Source: Novakomyces olei (lineage: Eukaryota). From it: a DNA stretch of 64,000 nucleotides. The first letter of the stretch is position 1, and the number at the start of each line of letters is the position of its first letter. Shown here piece by piece: positions 1 through 12,088 of the stretch. Made by a program: the position numbers and the translations under genes. The notes below the pieces were generated by a model that saw only the letters and a program-made list of their open reading frames with translations, had not been told where the DNA came from and ran no database searches. The stretch lies in the NCBI GenBank assembly GCA_016906335.1, contig JADEYG010000012.1, positions 124,001-188,000 of the forward strand. The letters are read 5' to 3'.

Positions 1-286
1 CTTATAGTACCACAGCCATTATTCATGCCAGAAGCCATGCTACATGGTTTCGCGTGGTAGCCCTGATTGTTTTAAACCATGAGCACTAAGGATCACTTGC
101 CCTTTTAATATAAACTAAAAGCATTGTACGAATTGGTAATGAACAAAATGCACGATCGATTAATCTATATACTTTATGACCGTATTTACACACTATCCTT
201 GCCGAGTGTCAGCACAGTCGTTCAACATACACTATACACTTTCTGGCCAATCCTCTCTATTCTGTACGGCACGACATAAAAGCGTT

Positions 287-1117
287 TTATTGTTTTTGAC
301 TCATTGTTAGTACGTCTGTACGCCTTTGGGCCACAGATATTTGCTCGGCGACCCAGTTCTGATCGTTGACAAGCGACCCAGAGTCATCTGACCGGGCAAT
401 TGCCGCTTTAATACGTGAGTAAGGAGCTTCACGCAATAAGCATTCTCGTAGTATATAATCTTGTGAAAACTCAACAAATATTCTAGTGTCGAATATGCGA
501 AACATTACCTCGTCGAGGCGCATAAATAGGCGTGAAAGGAGGAGTAAACGCTCTGGCATAACCCGTATACGGATGGTTAGATGACTTGTGCCATTGTCAC
601 CTAGCTCATCTTCATATAATGTCATTTCATCGTAGAATAATATAGGATCTTGGCGCTGTAGTAATGCGACGGGAATAGTTAGAGCTTGCTCATCTTTGAA
701 AGCATTCGGGACCTGAGCGCCCTTTAGCCTAGCAACACCGGCATAATTAGAGCTATAAGTCCAGTCATAAGACTTAGCTGCTCCGACGGATTCCTCGGAA
801 AGATCCCGTGAACGACTCCATTCCTTAGCATAAGGCACTTGCAAAAGAGCCCCGCTGGAACCAGTGCGGTCAGTGGCTTCCAGTGCCTGTAAAGCGTCAA
901 AACGAAGAACCCATCCCGATGATTCATGAGCAATTTCAGCATAATTTCCTCCAAAGTACATCTCTGGTAGAGGAATCCCCAAACGCTGAGATGCCTCGTC
1001 CATTTCTCGTGCTCCCGAGATGGGTTTTTTACAAGTAGTTACACGCCAGCCATTGACAGAAATAGACCTCAAGGGCCCGTCTTCCCGCACTGGGAATTTG
1101 TCCTGAATGTCTGCCAT
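287..1117 (-). CDS. TIP41: TIP41/TIPRL PP2A-regulatory protein
   Basis: Intronless 276-aa ORF with TIP41 hallmarks LPEMYFG, YDWTYSS, ILFYDEMTLYEDELGDNG and RVMP..LLLLSRLFMRLD. Confidence 0.93.
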   Translation of the reverse strand: MADIQDKFPVREDGPLRSISVNGWRVTTCKKPISGAREMDEASQRLGIPLPEMYFGGNYAEIAHESSGWVLRFDALQALEATDRTGSSGALLQVPYAKEWSRSRDLSEESVGAAKSYDWTYSSNYAGVARLKGAQVPNAFKDEQALTIPVALLQRQDPILFYDEMTLYEDELGDNGTSHLTIRIRVMPERLLLLSRLFMRLDEVMFRIFDTRIFVEFSQDYILRECLLREAPYSRIKAAIARSDDSGSLVNDQNWVAEQISVAQRRTDVLTMSQKQ

Positions 1118-1682
1118 TCAAGCTAGCACTTTTCTCAATTTTAAGAATAACAATTAATTTTAATCGTATTGAACGTTCTCCACTAGTCGAATTTCAATCG
1201 TTAGATCAAAGACAACCTAAACATGGGCATTGCAATAGTCACCCATTTGTTTTGATCGATACGAAATCACAAAAATCAAAACACGATATGAAATTCGAAT
1301 CTGTATCACCTGGCCGGAGACGATGTCCGTTGCAGGTATCTGATGGCTTTTCAAGCCAAGAGCGCTCACGATACTTTGGCACTAAATTTTCTTGTGTCAC
1401 CCGTATCACGATACTGATTATAAAGAACAATTACCGTCAAGCGTCTTTTCCTTGGCGGCAGAATGTGCCTAATACTCTATCGAATTGGCCTTTAATTGTA
1501 TATAAATCAGGCTGCTTCAATACTATTGGCTTTGTATGTCATAATTGGCTCATTATAATATAAATGATTTTCGTACAAAAATAGCCGGCATATCTTGGAT
1601 TAATCATACTTTTGTATAGTACAATTTCATACGTATATTAATATTAATATATTCGCGGTTACCACATTGCACTTTATGAGCA

Positions 1683-3133
1683 ATGCCGCAGGACGACGAG
1701 GGCTCCTCGAGCACCGGCGATCTTTCGTCGTTTTACGAGCAGTGGCAGGCTGATATAGAAACCCGGAAGCGGCATCGGCAGCCGGTACAGGAGCAGGACA
1801 GTACCCCCGACAGCTCAGCTTTGAAAGTATGGGAGACGGGACTTCGCTGCGAGCAAGAAGGAAAGCTGAGCGATGCGCTTGTCAACTATCGCAAAGCCTT
1901 GAAGGTACGCAAATTGTGGCAGAAATAAATAGAGAAAAAGAGAGAAGAGAAGAGGAGAAAATAGAAAAAGAAAAAAAAGGGCAATAAAGGGAAAAAGCAT
2001 AAAAAACAAACGAATTATTTGATTCATGTTTCATTTACTGACTCGAGCAGATGGACGCAAATGTGGAGAACGAGTACCGCAGACTTCATTTTCCGAGGGG
2101 CAAAGGTATAAAACTCGAGCCAAGAAAGAAAACTGGTGGCCCAACAACGATAGAGGATACGGACTATTCACGTGTTGTACAGACGTCTCATGATTTTGAT
2201 CCAGAAAAGCATGACGAGAACTCATCGATACTGGCAAAGATATTGGCCGAGACTCATTTGGACGAAGCGAATGAACTTGAAAAATTTAGAGGATTGAGCA
2301 AGGACGAGGAAAGAATGGACAAGGGGGGTTTGCAGGCGCAGCGCGAAGAACAGGTGGGAGAATGTATATTATTACAAATGCCAGACGAAGTACTCACGGA
2401 GATCATTCTCAATGCATGCTTAACATCAGCCCCTGCTATATCCCATATCTCACAGACATGCAGAAAACTTTACATTTTGCTGCAAACACGGCATACGATC
2501 TGGAAACAAATGTGCTTCAAATCGCTTATTCGAGAACGAGCATGGCCGAGCAATTCATTGCAAGATCCAGTGGCTGATCTTGCGGACGAATTGGAATCAC
2601 CAAATTACAATGGAAGCTGGAAACGTCTTTTAATTGAGAAACCTCGGATACGCTATGACGGTATTTATATCGCTACCTGCTCATACATGCGACCGGGAGC
2701 AAGCGAAAGTGGCTGGAATCAACCGGTTCATTTGGTCACTTACTTTCGTTATCTCCGATTCTATCCGGACGGTACTTGCTTATTTTTGCTTACGCCTACA
2801 GAGCCCAGGGAGACTGTTCACTCTGTTCAGTGGACGAATCCAACGAATAATCGGCTCTTGGTTTCTGGGACTTGGACTTTTGCTCCCTCTACAGGCCAAG
2901 TATCAGTGACTTTACAGTCACATGCACGGTATACGTTTATTTTAGAACTAGTGGTCAAGTCGACGGGCCGTGGGAAACATGACAAATTGGGACGGGTTGC
3001 TTTCTGGTCGGTGGATTTGCAAAACTTGAACAAGAGCGAGTTTCCACAACGTGCAAGTGAGAAGAGTTTCTTTTTTTCACGTGTAAGGTCTTACCAGCAT
3101 GAGCCGCCAAAGGAAACAACATTATCCTTCTAG
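1683..3133 (+). CDS. F-box protein, Hrt3/Pof7/FBXO9 family (2 exons)
   Basis: Exon 1 carries a TPR-like helix (EQEGKLSDALVNYRKALK). Intron ~1905-2050. Exon 2 has an F-box (LLQMPDEVLTEI) and the family motifs PRIRYDGIYI and HLVTYFRYLRFYPDG. Confidence 0.88.
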
Positions 3134-3495
3134 GTGGATTTCAAGAGGCCTATTACAAAATCTTGAACAAGGCTGGCTTGTAATTAATTGGGCGTGGGCA
3201 ATGAATAAAGAAAATTACATATGTAAATATATTGTGGGTATTAATATAAAACTGGCCGGCATATGGCAATGGCTCTTTGTGATTTCAAATAACAGTCATG
3301 AAATAAAGGATGATAGGTTGTAGTATATGGGTATATCTAATGGACTCGTTAGGATTGATACCATTTAATGGGTATTTAAAATAAAGATAAACCACACATA
3401 GAAATAAGCTTAAGCTTTACACTTTATTGACTGGGCCGGCAATGAATAGGCAGTAGTTCCCTAAATTAAACATCAAGAGCCAAATAAAAACTCGT

Positions 3496-4227
3496 CTAAA
3501 GTTGTTTCGGTGCACTTTGCGCTAAAGAAAGCTCAGATTCCAATTCCACAATACGTGACCGGCTTTCCAGAATCTCCGTGAGTAGACCATCGTACATCTT
3601 TTTCATTTCACGGCGCACTGCGTCAATATCATGATGAGTGGCTTTCGCCGCATCCAGTTTAGAGATGCGGGATTCTACACTCTGAATTCGTTGCAGCGAA
3701 TTAGAAACCGATGAGGTTGACGCCTGCAAGTCCTCCACTGCAGTCAGCAAATAATTGCTTGCCGATGTATAGTCTTCTTTGAGATACGACGAGCCCAAGA
3801 AACCAGTGACTGTAATTCCCAAAAGAAAGCCAATTATTCTTGATATTAGTAAAGTCAAAGCTTCAATTTGCGCCCCAAAAGATTGCTCCTCAAGCATAAA
3901 GTGAAGATATAGTAATCAATCAATCAATGCCAACAATCAATGCCAATCATCAATCTTTGATGATGGTAGGAATTACAGCTTGCATGCAACTCATAGTTGC
4001 AAAATCAAAGCCATCCTTTGATCCAATTGACTCAAGCAACCCAATCAACCCAAGAAAAACCTAAAAAACCATCCAGCAGATCAAGGCACAGGTGTAACTT
4101 ACCCACCGCGAAAGCCTCCGATTGGCTTCCGACGGGGCGGCAGACCCGCCAAAGCATCAGCACTATGCATTCTAGACGTACTAAACGCCCTCGCGCCCAA
4201 ACGAAAAATATGCGAGCCGCCGTTCAT
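3496..4227 (-). CDS. Small conserved fungal membrane/coiled-coil protein, probably mitochondrial (2 exons)
   Basis: Exon 1 (ATG 4227) reads MNGGSHIFRLGARAFSTSR...RKPIGGFRGG, which is presequence-like. GTAAGT donor at 4102, acceptor near 3839. Exon 2 has a TM segment (GFLLGITVTG) followed by a coiled coil. Confidence 0.7.
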
Positions 4228-4350
4228 TGCTGCGGTAAGTCAATTGCCGTTTGCCAGCAGTATTTCAGAGGGGAATAGCTGGACTGAAAAGGATATATTG
4301 CTCGTTTACTTGCTTGTCATACTGACATCGATTCATACTATATAATAAGG

Positions 4351-4589
<239 letters not shown>

Positions 4590-4806
4590 TCGAGTAATCT
4601 ACCAACGCATTGTACACCACAGTATCTTTTTACAGTTTTTCGTTTATTTTAGATTGTCTGCTTAGTGGGCACCAATAGCACCGCTTATAGCACCTCTTAT
4701 ATTCATAATTCAAGTTATCGTACATTTCTCTGTACCAGAGCGTCATTGCATTTACAGCGTCCAACGGGCCTTGAATGCGGTGATTGCTGTTTACAAGGCG
4801 GCAAGG

Positions 4807-5441
4807 ATGGGCCTTTTTAGCAGCCTTTGGGCATGGCTACTGTCCTGGTTTTTTACTGTAGGCGATATATTTTTCGGCGGGCTAACATAGGCAAGCAAGA
4901 GCTGGAGCTTGCGATTGTCGGCCTACAAAACGGTGGGAAAACTAGTCTTGTCGACGTTTTTTGCGTATGCTATAGGCTGTTCAATTTGGTCGTTTATTCT
5001 AAATTTTAGACTGGCGAGTTTACGGAGGATACTATCCCCACTATCGGGTTCAATTTGCGGCGCGTAAGGCGCGGTAAAGTACAGCTGAAATGTTGGGATC
5101 TCGGCGGACAACCGCGTTTCCGGTCGATGTGGGATCGCTACTGCCGCTCATGCAGTGTGATTGTATTTGTACTGGACGCGGCCGATCGACCTGCCTTTTC
5201 CGACGCGCGTGATGAGCTGCATTCTTTGATCGACAACGAGCATCTTTGCAGAATTCCGCTGTTAATTCTCGCAAATAAAAACGATCTTGCTGAGGCAGTA
5301 AACGTGGATGAAACGGTGGCAGCTTTGGATCTTGACAGTATACGTGATCGAGATGTTGGCGTTTATAGTGTGAGTGCAAAGTACAAGACCGGTCTCGATG
5401 CCGCTCTCGGCTGGATCACAGTGCACGGCCGAGAAGTGTAG
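4807..5441 (+). CDS. ARL8: ARL8-family small GTPase (3 exons)
   Basis: MGLFSSLWAWLLSWF N-terminus, GLQNGGKT P-loop, TIPTIGFN, WDLGGQPRFRSMWDRYCR and ANKND. Introns at ~4858-4890 and ~4966-5009. Confidence 0.9.
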
Positions 5442-5673
5442 GCTAAGCAACCCACAAATACCCTGAGATTTTTGTAGTTGTTTCATTATGTTTTTATATT
5501 TTCATTTCTTTTGATCTGCATCCTTGATGCTTCCACATGGAAAATATTAGAGCTCAAGCTCGCCCGGCTACAAGGCCCGGCAACGATGTATATTTACATA
5601 CACAAGTATTACAGAAAATGTATTTTTTCGACGTTACTACCAATGCCATACAGTATGATATTCGTAAACCTAT

Positions 5674-5770
5674 CAATCATTTATTGACAATCATTTATTG
5701 ACAATCATTTATTGACAATCATTTATTAACAATCATTTATTAACAATCATTTATTAACACTCATTTATTC
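5674..5770. repeat. 14-bp minisatellite (CAATCATTTATTGA/AA), about 7 copies
   Basis: Visible tandem repeat between convergent genes. Confidence 0.9.
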
Positions 5771-5858
5771 AGCAATCATTCAACGTGTCTGGCTCATAAA
5801 GAGATCCATATTGAATGCATATTCGCAATTGCCCCAATAAATAGAAAAGTACTCACAA

Positions 5859-6286
5859 CTATTCATGCCGCTCCTCACCGTCACGTTCTGCCTGGACTGC
5901 CTGCATTAAATTATACAACTGGAACCAATCAGTCTTCTATATTAGTCCGAATCCCAACTTACCTGGTTTATCTGATCGTCAGACATATTATCCATTTGCT
6001 CAGGCTCGAGCCGAGCAGTGAGCCAAGCGTTTGCCTGAAGCTGCTCCAGGTACGTTTGCCACTGCCTTAAAAATCCCACAATATGCAACGGGTTGTGTGT
6101 ATCGCGATGCAACCGGAACTCGGACTTTACATACAAGTCTCCAAGATGACGCATGTCCGGCGGCAATTGTCTATGCGCCCTTAACAATTGCCGGTACAGC
6201 GATAGTGGAGGTAATAAATCCTGGTCACGTAACGGCCGTACCCTAATCGCTCTCTGTCGAGCCAAAGCCGCCACCGTTGACCGCAT
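5859..6286 (-). CDS. SDH7: LYR-motif succinate dehydrogenase assembly factor 3 (Sdh7/Acn9)
   Basis: LLPPLSLYRQLLRAHRQLP.DMR.LGD.YVKSEFRLH motif. One intron near 5910-5962, then a last exon LYNLMQAVQAERDGEERHE*. Confidence 0.88.
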
Positions 6287-6668
6287 ACTGACCGTATCGT
6301 GTATGATATAATCCAACTGCTTATCTGCAAATAATAAAATAAATGTTGAATATTTAACAAATAAATAATAAATAATATAATTCAACACCAAACACGCTAA
6401 ACTCAAATCAGGTGTTTACTAGTTAGAATTACATTAAAACTGGAACAGGTTTATACTTTACCATATTATTTCCACATTATTTTCCCTATAATTTCTTTTT
6501 TTTCCAATTATTCATATTGCATATAACTTTTCATATTCCAAAACCATACTGTGTTAGAGGCGATCAATTAAATTATTCTTAAATGCCGTAATAGTATTTA
6601 ATTTTTTTTTTGGCTGGGTTTCTTGCATGTGTGTCAAAGAGAACAAAATTTGAAAGACGCCAGAGAAT

Positions 6669-9600
6669 ATGGCAACGTCGTTCGATACGCTAGCAACACA
6701 GCATGTGTTCCAGCATCCACCGAGCGACGGCACGTCTTTCCCTCTTTTACAGCAGGCGACACAACCGCACATTGACTCATTTAATGCACTGACAAAATGC
6801 AATTTGCTCAATAAAGCAGTCAAAGATATCGGGCATCGCTCTGTATTCGATGGAAAAACGGACGGTCTAGGCAACAAGCTGACATGTAAGTTCAAGAAAA
6901 GGGTGTCACTTTAAAGCTGGTCATCGTTTAAGATGGTCATTGTGGAAGCATTTCCATAGACATCCAAGGAACGAGGAAAAAAATAAATGCATTTCATTTA
7001 TATGTATCATGAACCAATAAACAGCATCACTGCTTGGCACAGTATAATTCAAAAATGCTAATTATCAGTTTGGGTGGACGAGGTAGTCATCGGCAAACCG
7101 AGCCTTTCTTCTCGCGAGCGGTTCTCTACGAACCGCAAGATATTCCCGTTTGAAGCACGAGAACGGTTGACAACTTACCGTGCTCGGCTGCTACTCAAAT
7201 TGTCATGGAAGGTCAACGATGGATCTGTGCATTCGGAGCTGCGTGAATGCGGGCAGATTCCTATAATGCTGCGATCAAATCGATGCCACCTGGAGGGAAT
7301 GTCGCCGGCTGAACTTGTACAGCACAAAGAGGAATCAGAAGAGATGGGCGGCTATTTTATCGTGAACGGTAACGAAAAACTTATCCGCATGCTTATTATG
7401 CCCAAGCGCAATTTCCCCACTGCTCTATTACGGCCTAGTTTTGCAAACCGTGGTCCAAATTATTCACAGTACGGTATCAGCATCCGCTGCGTAAGGGCGG
7501 ATGAATCGTCTACAACCAATACTGTACACTACCTAACATCCGGTTCTCTGATGTTTCGATTTGCCTGGCGAAAAAACGAGTACCTTGTACCCGTGGTAAT
7601 GATCCTGCGGGCTCTAGTGGAAACATCAGACCGAGAAATTTTTGAGGGGATTGTAGGAGCGGAACTGCAAAACACGTTTCTTACAGACCGGGTGGAGTTG
7701 CTTTTGCGCACCTACAAGTCCGGGTTCGATTTGAATACGCGCACGGAGACTCTGGCATACTTGGGTCAAAAGTTTCGTGTTGTTCTTGGTGCAGATCAGG
7801 ATGCGACTGATGCGCAAGTGGGCATGTTTCTCTTACAAAAAGTCGTGCTTGTGCATTTAGCAAGTGCACGGGACAAGTTCCGTTACATGCTGTTTATAGC
7901 ACGCAAGCTGTACGCTCTAGTGGCGGGCGACTGTTGCCCCGACAACCCTGATTCTCCTCAGCACCAGGAAATACTGCTCGGAGGTTTTCTGTACGGGGCC
8001 ATACTCAAAGAAAAGATTGAGGACTACTTGTCCACGCTGCGCACGCAAATAGGCATTGATTTACGACGGAATCCGAGCGGGGTTGATTTCTTCCAGACCA
8101 AGTATGTGCAGAGCGCCCTGTCCAAGATGCAGGAGGACATTGGCTCCAAAATGACATACTTTTTGTCGACGGGCAACCTTTTGAGTGGAACAGGGTTAGA
8201 TTTACAGCAGGCGTCTGGTTTCACAGTGGTGGCAGAAAAGATCAACTTTTACCGCTTCCTCAGTCATTTCAGAATGGTCCATAGAGGAGCCTTTTTCGCA
8301 GAATTGAAGACCACATCTGTCCGCAAACTGCTGCCGGAAGCCTGGGGCTTTCTGTGCCCTGTGCACACTCCCGACGGAGCGCCCTGTGGACTGCTCAACC
8401 ACCTGGCGCATACGTGTAAGCTGACAACAGTGCAGTGCGACACTTCGAGGCTGGCTGGCATCCTTGTTGCCCTCGGCATGGATCCGCCCGGGTGTCAGAT
8501 AGGCGAGTGCAGTGTTCAGCTGGACGGGTGCATTATTGGCTCGTGTACGCACGCCTTGGCTGCTCACCTGAGTCGGGTGCTGAGGTACAGAAAGGTACAG
8601 GGCGAGGAGGCCATTCCTCATACAATGGAGATTGGGTTAGTGGCGCCTAGTCGGGGCGGGCAGTACCCTGGTCTGTACCTGTTTACGAACCCGGCGCGTA
8701 TGACGCGGCCAGTGCGGTACACTGCGCTGGACAAGGAGGAGTGGGTAGGACCGTTTGAGAGCGTCTACCTCGAGATTGGATGTATGCCAGAGGAGGAGGA
8801 GGAGGAGGAGGAGGAGGAGGAGGAGGAAGAGCCAGAGACAGAGGCAAAAGAGGAGCCGGTCTCTACAGAGGCAAAAGCAAACGGCTCTACAGACAAGAGC
8901 AGTGTAGACAAGAGCACAAGTAGTGTAGAAAAGAGCCACAAGAGCCACAAGAGCAGAGCCAAAAAAGCCGTGGCCAGTCTATCTGTCCTGAGCAAGACGC
9001 ATATGGAGTACTCGCCGACGAATATACTCTCTGTCGTGGCCAACATGACGCCCTTTTCCAACTTTAACCAGTCTCCACGCAACATGTACCAGTGCCAGAT
9101 GGGCAAGCAGACGATGGGAACACCCGGCACGGCAATTGCGCATAGAACGGACAACAAGATGTACAGGTTGCAGACGGGTCAGACGCCGATAGTGAGGCCG
9201 GCTCTCCATTCCGCCTACGGTCTGGACCACTACCCCAACGGCACAAATGCAGTAGTGGCAGTTGTCTCCTATACCGGCTACGATATGGAGGACGCAATGA
9301 TTATAAACAAGTCTGCCCACGACCGAGGGTTCGGGTACGGGACAGTGTACAAGAGCGAGCGTATCGATCTCCATCGGCGGCGGCGGAGAGGAGAGCCCGT
9401 AGTGCACCATTTCGGGTTCGCTCCCGGCAGTCGGCCGCCCGGCCGATGGCTGGAGAAGCTGGACACGGACGGGCTTCCGTACATTGGCGTCCGGCTGGCT
9501 GATGGAGATGCAATGGCAGCGTTCTACAACGACTCCAACGGCCGCAACAGTGTAGAGGAGTACCACGGCTCTGAGCCGGCGTATGTGGAACAAGTAAGGC

Positions 9601-10538
9601 TGCTCGGGTCAGACACAGGCGACGCCGAGTGCCAGGTGGTACAGCTCAAGCTGAGAGTGACTCGCTCTCCTGTAATCGGCGACAAGTTCTCCTCCCGGCA
9701 CGGCCAAAAGGGCGTCTGTTCGCAAAAGTGGCCGGCAGTTGATCTGCCCTTTAGCGAGAGCGGGATCCAGCCTGACGTCATTATCAACCCACACGCTTTC
9801 CCCTCACGAATGACGATCGGCATGTTTGTCGAGAGCCTGGCGGGGAAGGCGGGAGCGTTGCACGGACTGGCTCAGGACGCTACGCCGTTTACGTTTACAG
9901 AGGACGATACTGCCGGTGATTTTTTCGGCCAACAGCTGCTTCGTGCTGGGTACAATTTCCACGGGAATGAGCCCATGTACTCGGGAATAACGGGGCAAGA
10001 GTTTGCTGCCGATATATTCCTCGGCGTCGTCTACTACCAGCGGCTGCGGCACATGGTCAACGACAAGTTCCAGGTCCGCACTACCGGTCCCATCCACAAC
10101 CTCACACGGCAGCCTGTCAAGGGCCGTAAACGAGCTGGCGGTATTCGCTTTGGCGAGATGGAGAGGGATGCCGTTATCGGCCACGGCACTGCTTTCATCC
10201 TGCAGGACCGGCTCATGAACTGCTCAGACTACTCGCACCACAGCGTCTGCCGATCTTGCGGATCCATCTTGTCGCCTCTCGCTTCCTCCTCCGCTATCGC
10301 TGCTGCCTCTGCCGCAACCGCTGGAGGCGCTGTTCCGGCTGTGGCCGTAAAGTGCCGAAGCTGTGCCCGAGAAGTGGGTGGTAGTGCCCACGATATCGAC
10401 GTCTGGCAGGACGGCAGTGGCCGCAGGTTTGTAGGCGGGTCTAATACCACCGTCATTGCTCTGCCCAGCGTTTTTGCCTACCTCGCCAGCGAGCTGATGG
10501 CCATGAATATAAAGATGCGTCTCAGTATTAAGGGGTGA
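6669..10538 (+). CDS. RPA135: RNA polymerase I second-largest subunit (2 exons)
   Basis: PHIDSFN in exon 1; intron ~6886-7068. GGYFIVNGNEK, GFLCPVHTPDGAPCGLLNHL, YTGYDMEDAM, GDKFSSRHGQKG and RFGEMERD, with Pol I-type contexts (NFYRFLSHFRMVHRG). Confidence 0.97.
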
Positions 10539-10552
10539 TGGCAGTGTGCCTC

Positions 10553-10573
10553 TGGGGGGGGGGGGGGGGGGGG
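10553..10573. repeat. Poly-G tract (~21 nt) just after the RPA135 stop
   Basis: Direct observation. Confidence 0.95.
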
Positions 10574-10994
10574 CTATACAATATAATGACCACGAAACCG
10601 TAATGACCACGAAACCGTAATGCCCTCCAGGCCTGGTTAGACTTGCAGTCAATACAGATTATACTATTGGTAATCAACACAGATTATACTATTGGTAATA
10701 ATACTAGATTTAAATAATTGGTTGGTAATAATACTAGATTTAAATAATTGGTAATATACATTTAATAGTTCATGTGCCGTGTTTTTAGTGTAAATGTAAA
10801 TGTATATAGAGCATTATACCAATCGGCACTTCAATGGCACTTCAACACATCAATGGCACATAATACCTACGAATCTCCGTACGGCCATGGCAATGCAGGG
10901 AAGAGAATCTTGATTGAACAGACTTACTAACGACTAATTACAAGAGACGCTAATAATAAACTACAGGCAAGTATTCCAGCGGACAAAGAACTGC

Positions 10995-12088
10995 TCAGGC
11001 TGTCTGCACCGCGGGAGCACTGGTCTGTGCAGCAGCAGGGTGCTCAGCACTTTCATGCTGTGAAGCTACTTCGCCATTCTCCTCCTTGGGCAGCAGTGTA
11101 GCATCAAGGTTCGTGTGAGTCGGGCTGAGAGCCGCGTTGTGTTCATCTTGCCACTGCTTCAATCGCGACTCGCAGTCCAGCAAAAGGTTCTTGGCAACAT
11201 CGGATTTGCCAAACGGCTCTTTGCTTTCGCCAGGTACAACAGGGTTGTCATCCAGTAGATCAAGCAGCTGCATCGCAGCATCGGCAATGATCAATTGCTT
11301 CTCTGCACGCTGGATAATTGCAGCAAATCGGGACTGATAAGCCTCCTTAAAGTTCTGGCGAGTGACATTTGTGAGCTGGGCTTCTGCCACCAGGTTCTCC
11401 GCCTCAGCACGTACTAGAGCCTGTTCAAGATTTTGCACTTTGGGAGACTCGGGCTCATAGTATTTGACCTTGTTGAGCTCGTCCAGAATCTTCTTCTTTT
11501 TTTGAATGGCTGGGTCGATGGATGCCTCAGTGTTACGAATGTGTTTGAGAAGGGTTCGGGTCTCATCCACAGACGAAGCAAAATTCTCTTCCGTCTCGGC
11601 CACTTCGTTCCACAACACTCCCAGACGGTCAGAGATATCTGTCGGTCAGTAACTTGTGCCTCAAACAAGGCTGTAGACTAATCTTGCACGGAACGAGAAA
11701 GAGCAGTCCTATAATTTGCCAATTCTGCCTTGTTTTTTAAAGTTTTCTTTTTTATCTTTTCTTTTCTTTTTCTTTCCTTCCTTTTTTCCCTTTCCCCTTT
11801 TTGGTCCCTTATTTTCACGCTTTGATACGTTATCAGCTTACCGTCAATAGAATCGTCTCCAGTCTGGCTTCCCCATGCCGAAAGCTGAGACGCAAGGATT
11901 TGTCCCTCCTTTGCGGCATTGTCATAGGCAGAAACGAGTTGATTATCTTGTTTAATCAACTTGAAAGTTTCCTTTGACATATCCGTAATACCAACGCCAC
12001 GTAAAGAAGCCAATAAGGAGCTTCGAGGGCCGCCAATGCCACCGCCTCCGCGGCGCAGGGAGAAGCTTCTACCAGACTGCTTTTGCAT
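10995..12088 (-). CDS. Pil1/Lsp1/Meu14-type eisosome BAR-domain protein (intron ~11680-11841)
   Basis: SQLSAWG..TGDDSID / ISDRLGVLWNE / LKHIRNTEASI / LEQALVRAEAENLVAEAQLTNVTRQ.FKEAY / IQRAEKQLIIA / LLDLLDDNPVVPG match the PIL1 family. Start codon uncertain. Confidence 0.85.

Noticed and set aside
7529-10652. Numerous antisense ORFs over RPA135 (also over SPT14, ADE5,7 and the ligase gene)
   Set aside because: Shadow ORFs of GC-rich coding sequence with no recognisable motifs.
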